The translations under genes and the position numbers were made by a program. This document shows positions 1-9,619 of a DNA stretch of 64,000 nt, piece after piece. The notes under the pieces are model-generated. The model made no database searches and was not told the origin of the DNA. It was given only the letters and a program-made list of their open reading frames with translations. Numbering within the stretch: the stretch's first letter is position 1; each line of letters starts with the position of its first letter. The stretch is from Cyanophora paradoxa CCMP329 (Eukaryota; Plantae; Glaucophyta), in assembly GCA_004431415.1 (NCBI GenBank), contig QPMI01000418.1, positions 1 to 64,000 on the forward strand, given 5' to 3'.

Positions 1-1286
1 AACTCGTGGCTCTGCCAGAAGTGCGTCACGCTGCTCGGCAACAAGGGCCTGCTCGTGATCTTGGGCCTGCAGAGGCGAAAGAGGGGCGACACGGCCACCG
101 TCTCCAAGCAGACGCGCGACCACATGGTCGAGAGCGTGCTCGGCGGGCCGAAGCCAAAGACCACGAAAAAGGCAAAGGATACGGCCGCTGACTTCGGATC
201 GTCCGTCATCGAGCCCAACTCCGCGCAGTCGAAAATCAGAAAGGCGAAAATCGTGGCGCCGAGCATGGAAGATTTAATGGCAACCTTCGCGGACGCGCAA
301 GAGGTGAAGCAGAACATAGAGAAGGCGAAAACGGGACTGCAGGCGGCGCAGGCAAACGGGCTGGAGGCGCTCGAGAAGGTGATCACGGAAATCAGCGAGA
401 CGGGGCGGTCGGTCTTCATCCTCAACAAAAAGAATCCCGACGGAAGCACGCGGTACGACATACGACAGGCGCGCCAGTCGCGCTACTGGGTGCTCTTCAA
501 CACACACAAGCGCCTGGGAGAGGCGCGAGAATTCGAGGCGGCGGCGCTGCGCGACAGCCTCGCAGAGGTGCTCTCGGACGCAGAATTCTACAAGTTCATC
601 CGCTTCAATTTGAAGGAAGAGAACGGCAAGTACAAGGACGACACGTACGCCAACGCAATCATCGGAATTCGCGTGCAAGGGGGCGTGGAGGTGGGGCCGA
701 CGGACGGGGCGCTGCACGCCCACGTGCTGGTGACGATCGATCACATATCGAACCTGCAGGTGCTGTGGGCGAATTACGACTGGGTGGTGCTGCTCAAGGA
801 GAAGGAGCCGGCACCACGACGGTGTACGAGCGGCTGCACCAAATTCTGTCCGCGAAATTCACGGCGGCCGGCAGCGCCTCGTAGACCAGAAGAGAGCAGA
901 GGCAGGGCCTCAGCCGAGCATCGATACGATGGTGGAAATCGCAGAGCTCGAGCGCATGCTGACGGAAGAGAAGATAGGCATGGGGAAAGATCCGCCCACC
1001 GTCCTTGCGTCGCTGATCCAGAGGAAAATTACGCGAGCAAGCTGCAGGAGTACCTCTCGAAGACGCTGCCCGACAAGCAGAGGCGCGATTTACTGAAAGA
1101 GTGGTCGCACGCGCGAAACACGAACAACACCGACAACAACACGGACGGTACCTCTTCACGATTTTCCAGGCGGACGCCGGCCAGGCGGACGACCCCCGCT
1201 TTGCGCCGCAGGCCGCGGAAATCGGCGATCTGAGGGCCAGGGGCCGAGGGCGCGGAAAGGCAAGGGGCGCGGAAGGGGCAGGGTAG
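1..1286 (+). CDS. HUH-superfamily rolling-circle replication initiator endonuclease (5' end outside window; apparent frameshifts at ~810-1020 and ~1145)
   Basis: Frame 1 is open from base 1 (WLCQKC). Motif I-like SRYWVLFNT, motif II EVGPTDGALHAHVLV and motif III LQEYLSK (YxxK) occur in canonical order. Alternative frames (VYERLHQILSAKF; MVEIAELERMLTEEK; GRYLFTIFQAD) read better in places, indicating single-base indels. Confidence 0.75.
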
Positions 1287-1313
1287 CGGTAATTGTTCTG
1301 ACGCGCCCGCAAG

Positions 1314-1577
1314 ATGTTCGAGGGGCATGCACCCACTCGGACGTCATCACCGTAATCTGCGGCGCGCTCTTCCTGGTTTCCGAGCTCCTGGGCGGCACGG
1401 AGCGCGTGCGTCCCAACACGTGCTGGGCGCCCTGAAGGCGGCGGCCCTGAGGGTCGTGCGCCGCGGCGAGCCCGAGCCCGAGCCCCCCCGAGCAGCAGAG
1501 GCGCGAGAGCGTGCAGGCGATCGGCCCGCACCACGTCGACATTCAGATGACGCAGACCGGTACGCGTTTTTTTCTAG
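1314..1577 (+). CDS. Small viral membrane protein (frameshifted in this sequence)
   Basis: Promoter motif plus ATG at 1314. Spliced across frames it reads MFEG..THSDVITVICGALFLVSELLGGTERVRPNT-LGALKAAAL, with one hydrophobic helix. Confidence 0.55.
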
Positions 1578-1589
1578 AGAACATGGGAA

Positions 1590-1955
1590 ATGGAGACTCC
1601 CGCGAACAGCCCCAGCGCAGAGGCTCCGTCGTCCTGCCGGCAGCAAGCAGCAACAGTACGAGCACCAGCAGCACAGCGTTCCCTTGGCTTCTTAGGACTT
1701 ACGCGCGAAAGAAGCAGCAGCAGCCGAAGGAGCCGGCCGAAATGGCGGCTGACCTGGATCGGTGCACCCGCCGCCGCCATCGCGAGCTACGCCAAGCGGG
1801 TCGAGCAAGTACACCCCCAGATGGCAGAGGACGCCAGGGCGTACGCGAAAAACCCCGCCGCGAGCCCGCCCGTGATGGCCGCCGTCATCGACCGGCTGCA
1901 GTGGGCGCTGCACGAGGAGGGGGAGCGGGTGAGGAATTTCTTCATGCCCAAGTAA
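1590..1955 (+). CDS. Viral hypothetical protein (121 aa)
   Basis: ORF preceded by the promoter motif (TTTTCTAG...GGAAATG); its stop abuts the next motif. Confidence 0.6.
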   Translation: METPANSPSAEAPSSCRQQAATVRAPAAQRSLGFLGLTRERSSSSRRSRPKWRLTWIGAPAAAIASYAKRVEQVHPQMAEDARAYAKNPAASPPVMAAVIDRLQWALHEEGERVRNFFMPK

Positions 1956-1976
1956 ATTTCTGAATGGGCCCTAACA

Positions 1977-2164
1977 ATGTCGTCCATGCTCCCGAGCCTC
2001 GATGATATCACCAGCGATTCCCGCTACCTGGGCAGCCTGCTGACCCTCGGCGCGGTCGCTACATGTCGCCCGCCCGCTACTACCTCGTGCGGATCCTCGC
2101 CGCGCAGTTCGCGGGCTACTACTTCGTGGGGCCCTACCTCCTCAACGGCCTGAGGAAGGCATAA
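1977..2164 (+). CDS. Small viral membrane protein, ~62 aa (frameshifted)
   Basis: Motif plus ATG at 1977. MSSMLPSLDDITSDSRYLGSLLTLGAV...RYYLVRILAAQFAGYYFVGPYLLNGLRKA*, with two hydrophobic segments. Absent from the ORF track. Confidence 0.6.
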
Positions 2165-2187
2165 TTTCTCAGGCCCCTTCCTAAATA

Positions 2188-2637
2188 ATGTCCTGCGTCA
2201 ACCTCTACGTCCAGTCGAACGGGGAGACGCAGGATTCCGAGGGCTTCTGGCGCCTCAGGCTGAACCAGATCCCCTCCGACATCGACACGCTGCAGATCAA
2301 GGGCGTCTACCTGGAGCTGAGCACGACCGCGATTCCGGACCCGGAGACCGCGAAAACCGTCAACGTTCTGCTGATGGACGTTCCCGACTTGAACGTCACG
2401 ACCATCTCGAACGTCAACACGTGCATCAACAAGGTCGTGATCCCGACGTGGGGCCACGACGGCCTGGAAAACACCATCCTCTACTGGTTCGAGGTGCCCA
2501 TGGCCGTGCGCCCGAACTACGTCGCGTACGACAAGTTCCAGGAGCTGCGCGTGCGCTTCACCGACATCACGGGCGCCACCAAGAAGAACAACGCCTTCAT
2601 CGTCAAGAACTTCGGCCTCTGGGCCTTTGCGAAATAG
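2188..2637 (+). CDS. Minor capsid (penton) protein, single jelly-roll, Polinton/PLV-type
   Basis: 149 aa, beta-rich. N-terminal LYVQS...FWRLRL and C-terminal FQELRVRFTDITG match the pattern I recognise for polinton/PLV pentons. Needs HHpred or structure confirmation. Confidence 0.6.
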   Translation: MSCVNLYVQSNGETQDSEGFWRLRLNQIPSDIDTLQIKGVYLELSTTAIPDPETAKTVNVLLMDVPDLNVTTISNVNTCINKVVIPTWGHDGLENTILYWFEVPMAVRPNYVAYDKFQELRVRFTDITGATKKNNAFIVKNFGLWAFAK

Positions 2638-2657
2638 ATTTTCGCAGGCCCCCTTAA

Positions 2658-3134
2658 ATGCGCCTGATCATATTCCCGCGGAAGGGCTCGGGCGTCAAGA
2701 CGCGCACCTTTGCGGGCGTGCCTGGCTACCCCTCGCCCCTTGCTTACAGAGTCGATCTTGTAACCGCCTCTGGTCCAATTAAATACGGGCTGCTGCACAG
2801 CCTCAGTCACATCCGTCTCGGTGAGAGCGCATGGCAGGACTTGGCCTTAATCGTAGAATTCGAGTACAGGGGGGTAGACACGCTAACGGGCGATCACTTT
2901 TACAGGGTACGGGTAGCAAGGGAGGGGTACTCGCTGCCGAACGGCACGGGCGGGGAATACTGGGAGCCGAAAATACGCGATGCCTCCGAGGCCTACCGCT
3001 GGCTGCGCGACGAGCAGATAGTTATCAGGCCCGATTACCCCTACGCCGACGTTTTCTGGCAGGTGCCCGTGGGCCGCTGGACAACGGGCGAGGTGAGCGG
3101 CAAGCTGAAGTGGACGTGGGACGCGGAGCATTAG
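2658..3134 (+). CDS. Viral hypothetical protein (158 aa)
   Basis: Clean ORF with the promoter motif (TTTTCG...TTAAATG). Confidence 0.75.
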   Translation: MRLIIFPRKGSGVKTRTFAGVPGYPSPLAYRVDLVTASGPIKYGLLHSLSHIRLGESAWQDLALIVEFEYRGVDTLTGDHFYRVRVAREGYSLPNGTGGEYWEPKIRDASEAYRWLRDEQIVIRPDYPYADVFWQVPVGRWTTGEVSGKLKWTWDAEH

Positions 3135-3159
3135 TTAATTTTTCTCTCTCGCGGATAAA

Positions 3160-6100
3160 ATGTCGATGCTCGACGACCCCTGGCGCATGGCCATCCCGAA
3201 TCCGGACGAGGTGCTGAACGGTGCCTTCGCGATAGACGGGAGCCTGAGCGTGAGGGGAATTTACGCGGACGAGATAAGGCTGCGGCAGGGATCCACGTAC
3301 AACGATTTCCTGACGACCATAGGCTCGCTGGCGGACTACGGGGACCTCACCGCAATTATCAAGGGGCTCTGGGGGGTCACGACCGAGACGGGCGTGGACT
3401 GGAACATTATTAAGAGGGCGGCCGACGTGAAAATCGCAAACTCCGTCACCGCAAAGGATGCCACCCTCAACCTCGTAAAACTGACTCTAAAGGGCGCAGA
3501 GGGGGACGTGAGGCCCGGGTACAACGCCCTCGAGCGCATCGCGGGCCCATTGCGCCACATCTACTGGAGCCGACAGGCGCTGCCGAGCATGGAGCCCGAG
3601 CAGTACAGGCGCGACAGGGAGGAGTTTTTCGCGTGGTTCGACCACTTCAAGGTCAACATCCGCGCCCTGAGCGCCGACAGGACGGGCGAGACGCCGGAGA
3701 CGACGGGCGGGGCCGCATCCCAACGGCGCCCGACGTGCTCCCCGATCGCTCGGACTGGGCGAAGACGCAGAACTGGGCGCTGAAGGACCACTTCCACGAC
3801 GAGAGGTACGCCCTCGTCAAGCACCCGCACGTGAAGGCCGACATCACGGACTGGGCGCACCGCCACCTGTACGACGACATCATCGGCGGGCCCAAGGTGC
3901 CGGGTGCGATTCCGGGTGGGGGTACGGGTGGTGGAAGCACGGGAGGTGGGGGTACAGGCACCGGGGGTGGGGGTACAGGCACCGGGGGTGGGGGTACAGG
4001 CACGGGGGGCGGAGGGGCTCCAGCGGCACGCCAGTGGGCGGGGCGGGGGCAGCAGCGGCTCGGGTGGCGGCGGCTCAGGCGGGGAGGGCATGGATAAGGT
4101 AGCAGGCCTCGCCACTTCAACGGCCATCTTCGGGGGCGCCCTCATCGTAGGCGGCATCAAATACTACAAGGATCGGAAGGGGTTCGTGAGGCAAATCGAC
4201 GAGCTGAACGCGAGACCCCCCATTAAATTCGATACCGAGGACGCGCAGCGCGAGTACTACAAACTCGAGAACGAAAAGAAGCAATGGAGCGAGCTGAAAG
4301 ACAAGGAAATGACAGAGGTCGCGGAGAAGAAGGCGGAAGCGAACAAGCTGATGACAGACGCGCAAAGGCAGGAAGAGAGCGCTCTCACCGCGCTAAGGTC
4401 GGCAGAGCGCCAGGTCGCGGAAGAGCGCACAAAAATGATACTCGATGCCGAGGAGGAGCTGAAGAGGATAAACGAGCAAAGGGAAGCCGCCAAGGCGAAA
4501 AAGCTGCAGGAAATTGAAGCGCTGACCGCAGGCACCGAGCTGCTTGAGGCGCAGAGGAAAGAGATCGAGGATAGGAAGAAGAAATTGGAAAAGGAGGCAG
4601 AAACGAGAAGGCAGCTGCTGGAAGAGGAAGAGGAAACGAGGAGAAAGGCAGGAGAGCTGCAAACGGGGGCGGTGCAGGAGGCGAACAGGCTCCGGGAGGA
4701 AATCAAAAATTTAAAGGAGGCCGCCGAGCGCGCGGACGAGCAGTCGAAAAAATTCAAGGCCAACGCGGACGGGCTGGCACAGAGGCTGCTCAAGTACGCG
4801 GCCACCGCAGAGGCACGCTCGCCCATGGGGACGGCCGAGACGCAGACGACGCCGAGGCCCGATCCGAGGCCGGCCGCCGAGAGGCTGCCCTTCGCGCGGC
4901 TGGGTAGGAGCGACCAGGTGGAAGAGCTCATTGGCCTCACGCTCGAGGATCAGAGGGCCCTCTTCGACGCGTTAGAGCAGCGGCGCAGGGCGGACGAGGA
5001 GGCAGCTGCCAAGACAGAAGAGGAACGACTGAAGGCAATGCAAACTGCATCAGACGAGGAATTTGCACGGCTGGAGGAGCCGAAGGTAGCGGAGCGTAAG
5101 CGACGACTGGAGACGTTCAGGGGGGCGCAGATGGATTTTTACCGCTCGGAGCTCAAAAAACTCGCAGATAAAAAAGCATCAGGGGACAGGGTCCGCGCCA
5201 TGGAAGAGAACATGCGCGACTTTAGCTACGTTATGGATCAGCTGACGGGAAGGGGTCAGAAAGACGCCGAAGAACTGAGGAGAAAGATGGCCGATGAGAA
5301 GTGGAAAAACTTTGAGCGTCAGGCTGTTCAGAGGCCCATCAGCGATGCCATCTGGATAGCATACGGCGACGTGGAGGAGATGCACCGCGAACTGCGGACG
5401 GAAGCGAGCCTATGGCGGGGAGCCCTCGAATGGTCATTTTACCGGATGCAAAAGGGAAAATTCGCGGCAGAGCTGCGAGCCAATCCGAAAACGGTGATCG
5501 GCGCACAGAGCGCGTACGTCGACATGGTCAATTACGTGGAGAAGCTGAGCAAGTTTTGGGAAAAGCGAAGAGCCGTCATTCCAGCGGAGGGGCTTGCACA
5601 GTACGACGCCATGGTGCGCGATCTGGAGGCCTTTAAACGTGAGCATCCACCCGCCAAATACAAGCTTTACATAGATACAACGGCGTTCATGGGCGAACTA
5701 AGGAAGAGAGGAGACGAGGCCAAGAGTCAGATCGAGGAGCGCTACAGAAAGGCCCAAGCGGACAAGGAGTACGCAAACAGGGTGATTGAAGAGCGGAAGC
5801 AGCAGGCGAAGGAGAGCGCGGCTAGACGCAACGCCGAGATAGAAGAGCAGAGGCGGAAGATCGCAGAGCGCAAGGCGGCAGAGGAAGAGGCAAGAAAGAC
5901 CAAGGTAGAGACAGAGTACCAAGCATTGAAACGGGAGGCCAATCAACTGTTAAAAAGGAGGGGAAGGGCCTACGCCGACGAGGGCGCGGGCGTGGGCTCG
6001 GCCAGCCCCGACGATATCACGCTCGCGGAGAGGGACGACGTTTCCGTGGAGGAAATGCGCCCGGGCACAGCTCGCCTGCCCTCCGAGGGCGTATTCCAGA

Positions 6101-8385
6101 CGCTCGACAGGCGCGTGATGGGCGACTCGGACGTTATTTTGCGCAACGCCCTGATGCCCTACGGCGACTGGAACCGCGCCACCGCCGACGCCCTTGCGGA
6201 TTTCGACCTCGAGCGATTCACCACCAAAGAGCAGCGCGACGCCTACCTGGGGCGCCCGAGGGCAAGGCGGCCCGGGGTGGCCAAGGAGGCCCTCAGCGCA
6301 GAGACCCTCTTCTCGGCGGCGGGTACGGCGAACAACGACGGCATGCCCTTCGGCGTGGCCGACCTCTTTCAGGGGGCGGGCATCGACCTGGTGGGCGCCG
6401 GGCTCGGGGGTACGGGCTCGAGGGTCGGCAGACGACTGGGGGCGGGGGCGGCCGGCCTCGGGCTGACGGCGCTGGGCGGGCTGCTCTCGTCGTACCAAGC
6501 CCTGGAGAGCGGACAGATCACGCAAGCGCAGTTCATGGACAACTTCCGCGACAGCATGATCATGACGGTGGGCTCGTTTGGCATTCAGCAGGGGCTTACC
6601 TCAGGTCTCCAATTCCTGAAGCCCGGAATGAAAATCGGGTTCGTGGGCGGCATGGGCCTGTCGATTCTTGCAGGAATGATCGCGGGCGTCTTCGTGGACA
6701 TCCTGAACAAGAGGGACGTGGGTACCATCATCAAAAACTTTTTCATGTACCCCATCAACTGGGCGGCCGATACAATTCAGTTCATCGGTAAGATCGCGCA
6801 GGACATGGTCGAGTGGGGCATCGAGACATTCGGCTCCGAGGCCGAGCAGCTGAGGATGCGGATTCGGCGAATCGAGGGTGAGCTAGGCGACAACCCCATG
6901 GGCGTTTTTACCGGAAGGGGCGGCGACAACGGGGCAATGAGACTCATCACGGAGATCGAAATGCTGAAGATGGATGCGGGAAACCAGAAGCAGCCCGAAA
7001 GCCTGCAGAAGTTCATCCACGCGCTTGACAACGCAATCAACGATTACCGTACCCCCAAGGACCAGAAGACTCTGCTCGAAATCGATCGCGCGACGGTGCT
7101 CTACCTATCGCAGCTCACGGAAACAATGCAGGATGGGCTGCTGGCCCTGAACATCGGCCTAAAGCAGGTGATGCTGGATCTAAAGGAGATGGTGACGGCG
7201 GAGGCCAAGAACAGGAAGCGCGTTTTAATTGCCGTCTACCAGGAGGGCCTCAACAGGATCAATCACATTGAGGCATTAAGGCGCGAATTCGGCTCGGCGA
7301 TCCGTCACTCGGGCGTCTCGTCGAACGGAGGGGCGCAGGTGGCCCGCCTGGCCGACGCCAACTCGCGCCTCGAGATTCCCGGTACCTTTCGCATGCAGGA
7401 TTGGTGGGAGGCCGAGGCCTTCAGGAACTACGGGGCCTTCATAGACAACGGGATCAATTCGCAGAGCCCCAAGGCCAACTGGCTGGTACCCAAGGCGTAC
7501 GTCGATAAATTGGTGGACAGGCCTGCAGCCCCTTACACCAAAAAGATCGCCAAAGGCATCGAGTACTGGGCACCCGAGCCAGGCCAGCCCGTGTTTGCAT
7601 CGCAGAACTACGAGTGGCACATGGCGCCGGGGGCGAGCCAGGCCGTCAGCACCGTGGGCGTCGCCGTACCGCAGCTGGCGGCCGTGGCGCATACAGGAGA
7701 GTACCAAGATCTAAAAGGGAGGCCGACGATACCGACAATTCCAGCAACGTGGGCGTGGGGTAGCATCACGGGGAAGCCGAGCACGTACCCCCACGCAGAT
7801 CACCAGCACACCATCTCTCAAATCAGCGACTGGACGGCCCCCGACTTGTCGAACATCACCGTGGACTGGGAAACCCAAGTTACGGGCAGGCCAGCCACCT
7901 TCCCCCCCTCGACTCACAGCCACAACGTGGACTGGGAAACTCAAGTTACGGGGAAGCCTCTCACCTTCCCCCCCTCTACGCACAGTCACGCAGAGTACTC
8001 GCTCACCGGCCACGGGCACAGAAACGTGAACATGGATGCGTACATAACGCACGGCACGTCCTTCCACTCGTACGCTGCGTACACGGAGTTTAACATCAAT
8101 TCAACATACACGGTGACGTTCAACATTACATTCGGACAGGCGTACGACACTGGAGGCGGACTGGGGACCCCAGCAAACCCAACGCCGGTTATTAACGTAA
8201 CCCCCTCGTTCGACATCAATCCCGGCGGCAGCACGGATGTCGATTTCTACGGGGCCAACGTCACGGCGGTGAGTCACACTGGCTTTACAGTTAAAGTGAG
8301 ATTCCAACCCAGAATGACGGTCACGCCCACCCAAATTGTCCAGCTTTTTATTCATTGGACCGCGATCGGCAAGCTGCTTATGTAA
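3160..8385 (+). CDS. Giant (~1740 aa) virion protein: coiled coil, tape-measure-like hydrophobic segment, fibre repeats and C-terminal H-type-lectin-like domain (frameshifts ~3710 and ~4010-4050)
   Basis: ORFs 3160-3783, 3633-4097 and 3904-8385 overlap at G-runs, and only 3160 has the promoter motif. Contains HxH fibre motifs (HPHVKADITDW, HQHTISQISDW), a 22-aa repeat VDWETQVTG(R/K)PxTFPPSTHSH, and ends ...TGFTVKV...IHWTAIG. Confidence 0.75.
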
Positions 8386-8409
8386 TCGATTTTCTGATGC
8401 AATCCAAAA

Positions 8410-9612
8410 ATGTCGGTGGCTGTCCCTCTATTCACCTATGCCGCCAGCGTGAACCACAAGGCAGATCACACGATCAAGGAGACGGTCCTCGGAAACCAGG
8501 CCACCGAGACCCCCTACAACGCCACGGCCGTCCCCTTCTCCGAGGCCGACCTCGTGCGCGTCGGCGAGCTGCGCTGCGACAAGATGCGCACGCGGGAGGG
8601 TGGGTCGGCCGTGCCGGGGCGCGTGAGGACGCAGAGGCTGACCGTCACGAACGGGGCCTGGGACGGGAGCGGGTACACCACAAACACCCTGACGTTCAAC
8701 AACGCAGATGGGGAGGCGAATGCGGCCTTGTACGTGCAGGGAGGGGGCGCTAACGTGGTCGGGGGATTGAGAGTCAACGGGGCTGCGACGGTTACCGGCG
8801 TCGTCAACGCAGTCTCGGAGCTCAACTCCCCTAACATAACCGGAACCGCTAATCTGTCCAATGCAACTATCGGTGCGCCGACATCCATCGCAACTTCCGT
8901 CTTGAACGTTAAAAGCAAAGACGTCGGAAGCGGACAATGGGCAAGCCTGTGGTGGGATTTCGACAACCGACACTACATGGGCGTGAAAAACTACAGAGCG
9001 GCCGATCAAGCCACCGTGACCACATGGAACGATTCAGCGGCCTGCCCTTTCCTTGTTGCTGCCCTCGGGTCTACGACAGGTCGCTCCATCGCAGCCGGGG
9101 GCACGGTCAACACCGCAGGAAGCGATTACGCAGAGTACATGCTAAAGAAATCCAACGACTTTGCCTTCAACAAGGGCGATATCTGTGGGGTGAACGGCTC
9201 AGGACTCCTAACCAATCAATTTACGGAGGCCGTCACTTTCGTGGTGAAGAGCACCAACCCATCCTTCGTAGGGGGCGATACCTGGGGCCAGTCCCTTGGA
9301 ATGGCCCCCCTGAAGCCGGAAACGGACGACCCCACCGCACTCGCAGCCTACGAAGCCGCCCGCGCCGCCTGGGAGTCAGCGGCAGAGGCGAATCGGCAGC
9401 TGGTCGATCGGATTGCATTCTGTGGACAGGTCCCCGTGAACGTCAGCGGTGGGGGCCCGGGAGATTACGTGGTACCCACCCCAGGACCCAACGGAGCAAT
9501 CGCCGCCCAGGCCGTGGCCGCCCCATCCTTCGACCAGTACAGGGTCGCCGTCGGTAGAATCATTCGAGTCGTTTCAGATACGCAGGCGCTAATTATCGTG
9601 AAGGTTGTCTGA
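8410..9612 (+). CDS. Fibre/spike protein with C-terminal intramolecular chaperone auto-cleavage domain (Peptidase_G2-like)
   Basis: Beta-rich N-terminal part, then GSDYAEY...KGDICG...STNPSFVGG...RIAFCGQVPV...GPGDYVVP, typical of phi29 gp12/GA-1 type chaperone domains. Confidence 0.8.
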   Translation: MSVAVPLFTYAASVNHKADHTIKETVLGNQATETPYNATAVPFSEADLVRVGELRCDKMRTREGGSAVPGRVRTQRLTVTNGAWDGSGYTTNTLTFNNADGEANAALYVQGGGANVVGGLRVNGAATVTGVVNAVSELNSPNITGTANLSNATIGAPTSIATSVLNVKSKDVGSGQWASLWWDFDNRHYMGVKNYRAADQATVTTWNDSAACPFLVAALGSTTGRSIAAGGTVNTAGSDYAEYMLKKSNDFAFNKGDICGVNGSGLLTNQFTEAVTFVVKSTNPSFVGGDTWGQSLGMAPLKPETDDPTALAAYEAARAAWESAAEANRQLVDRIAFCGQVPVNVSGGGPGDYVVPTPGPNGAIAAQAVAAPSFDQYRVAVGRIIRVVSDTQALIIVKVV

Positions 9613-9619
9613 TGAGCGA

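Noticed and set aside
1-1286. Helitron or CRESS-virus Rep
   Set aside because: No Pif1 or SF3 helicase follows, and the gene sits among virion genes of a larger virus.
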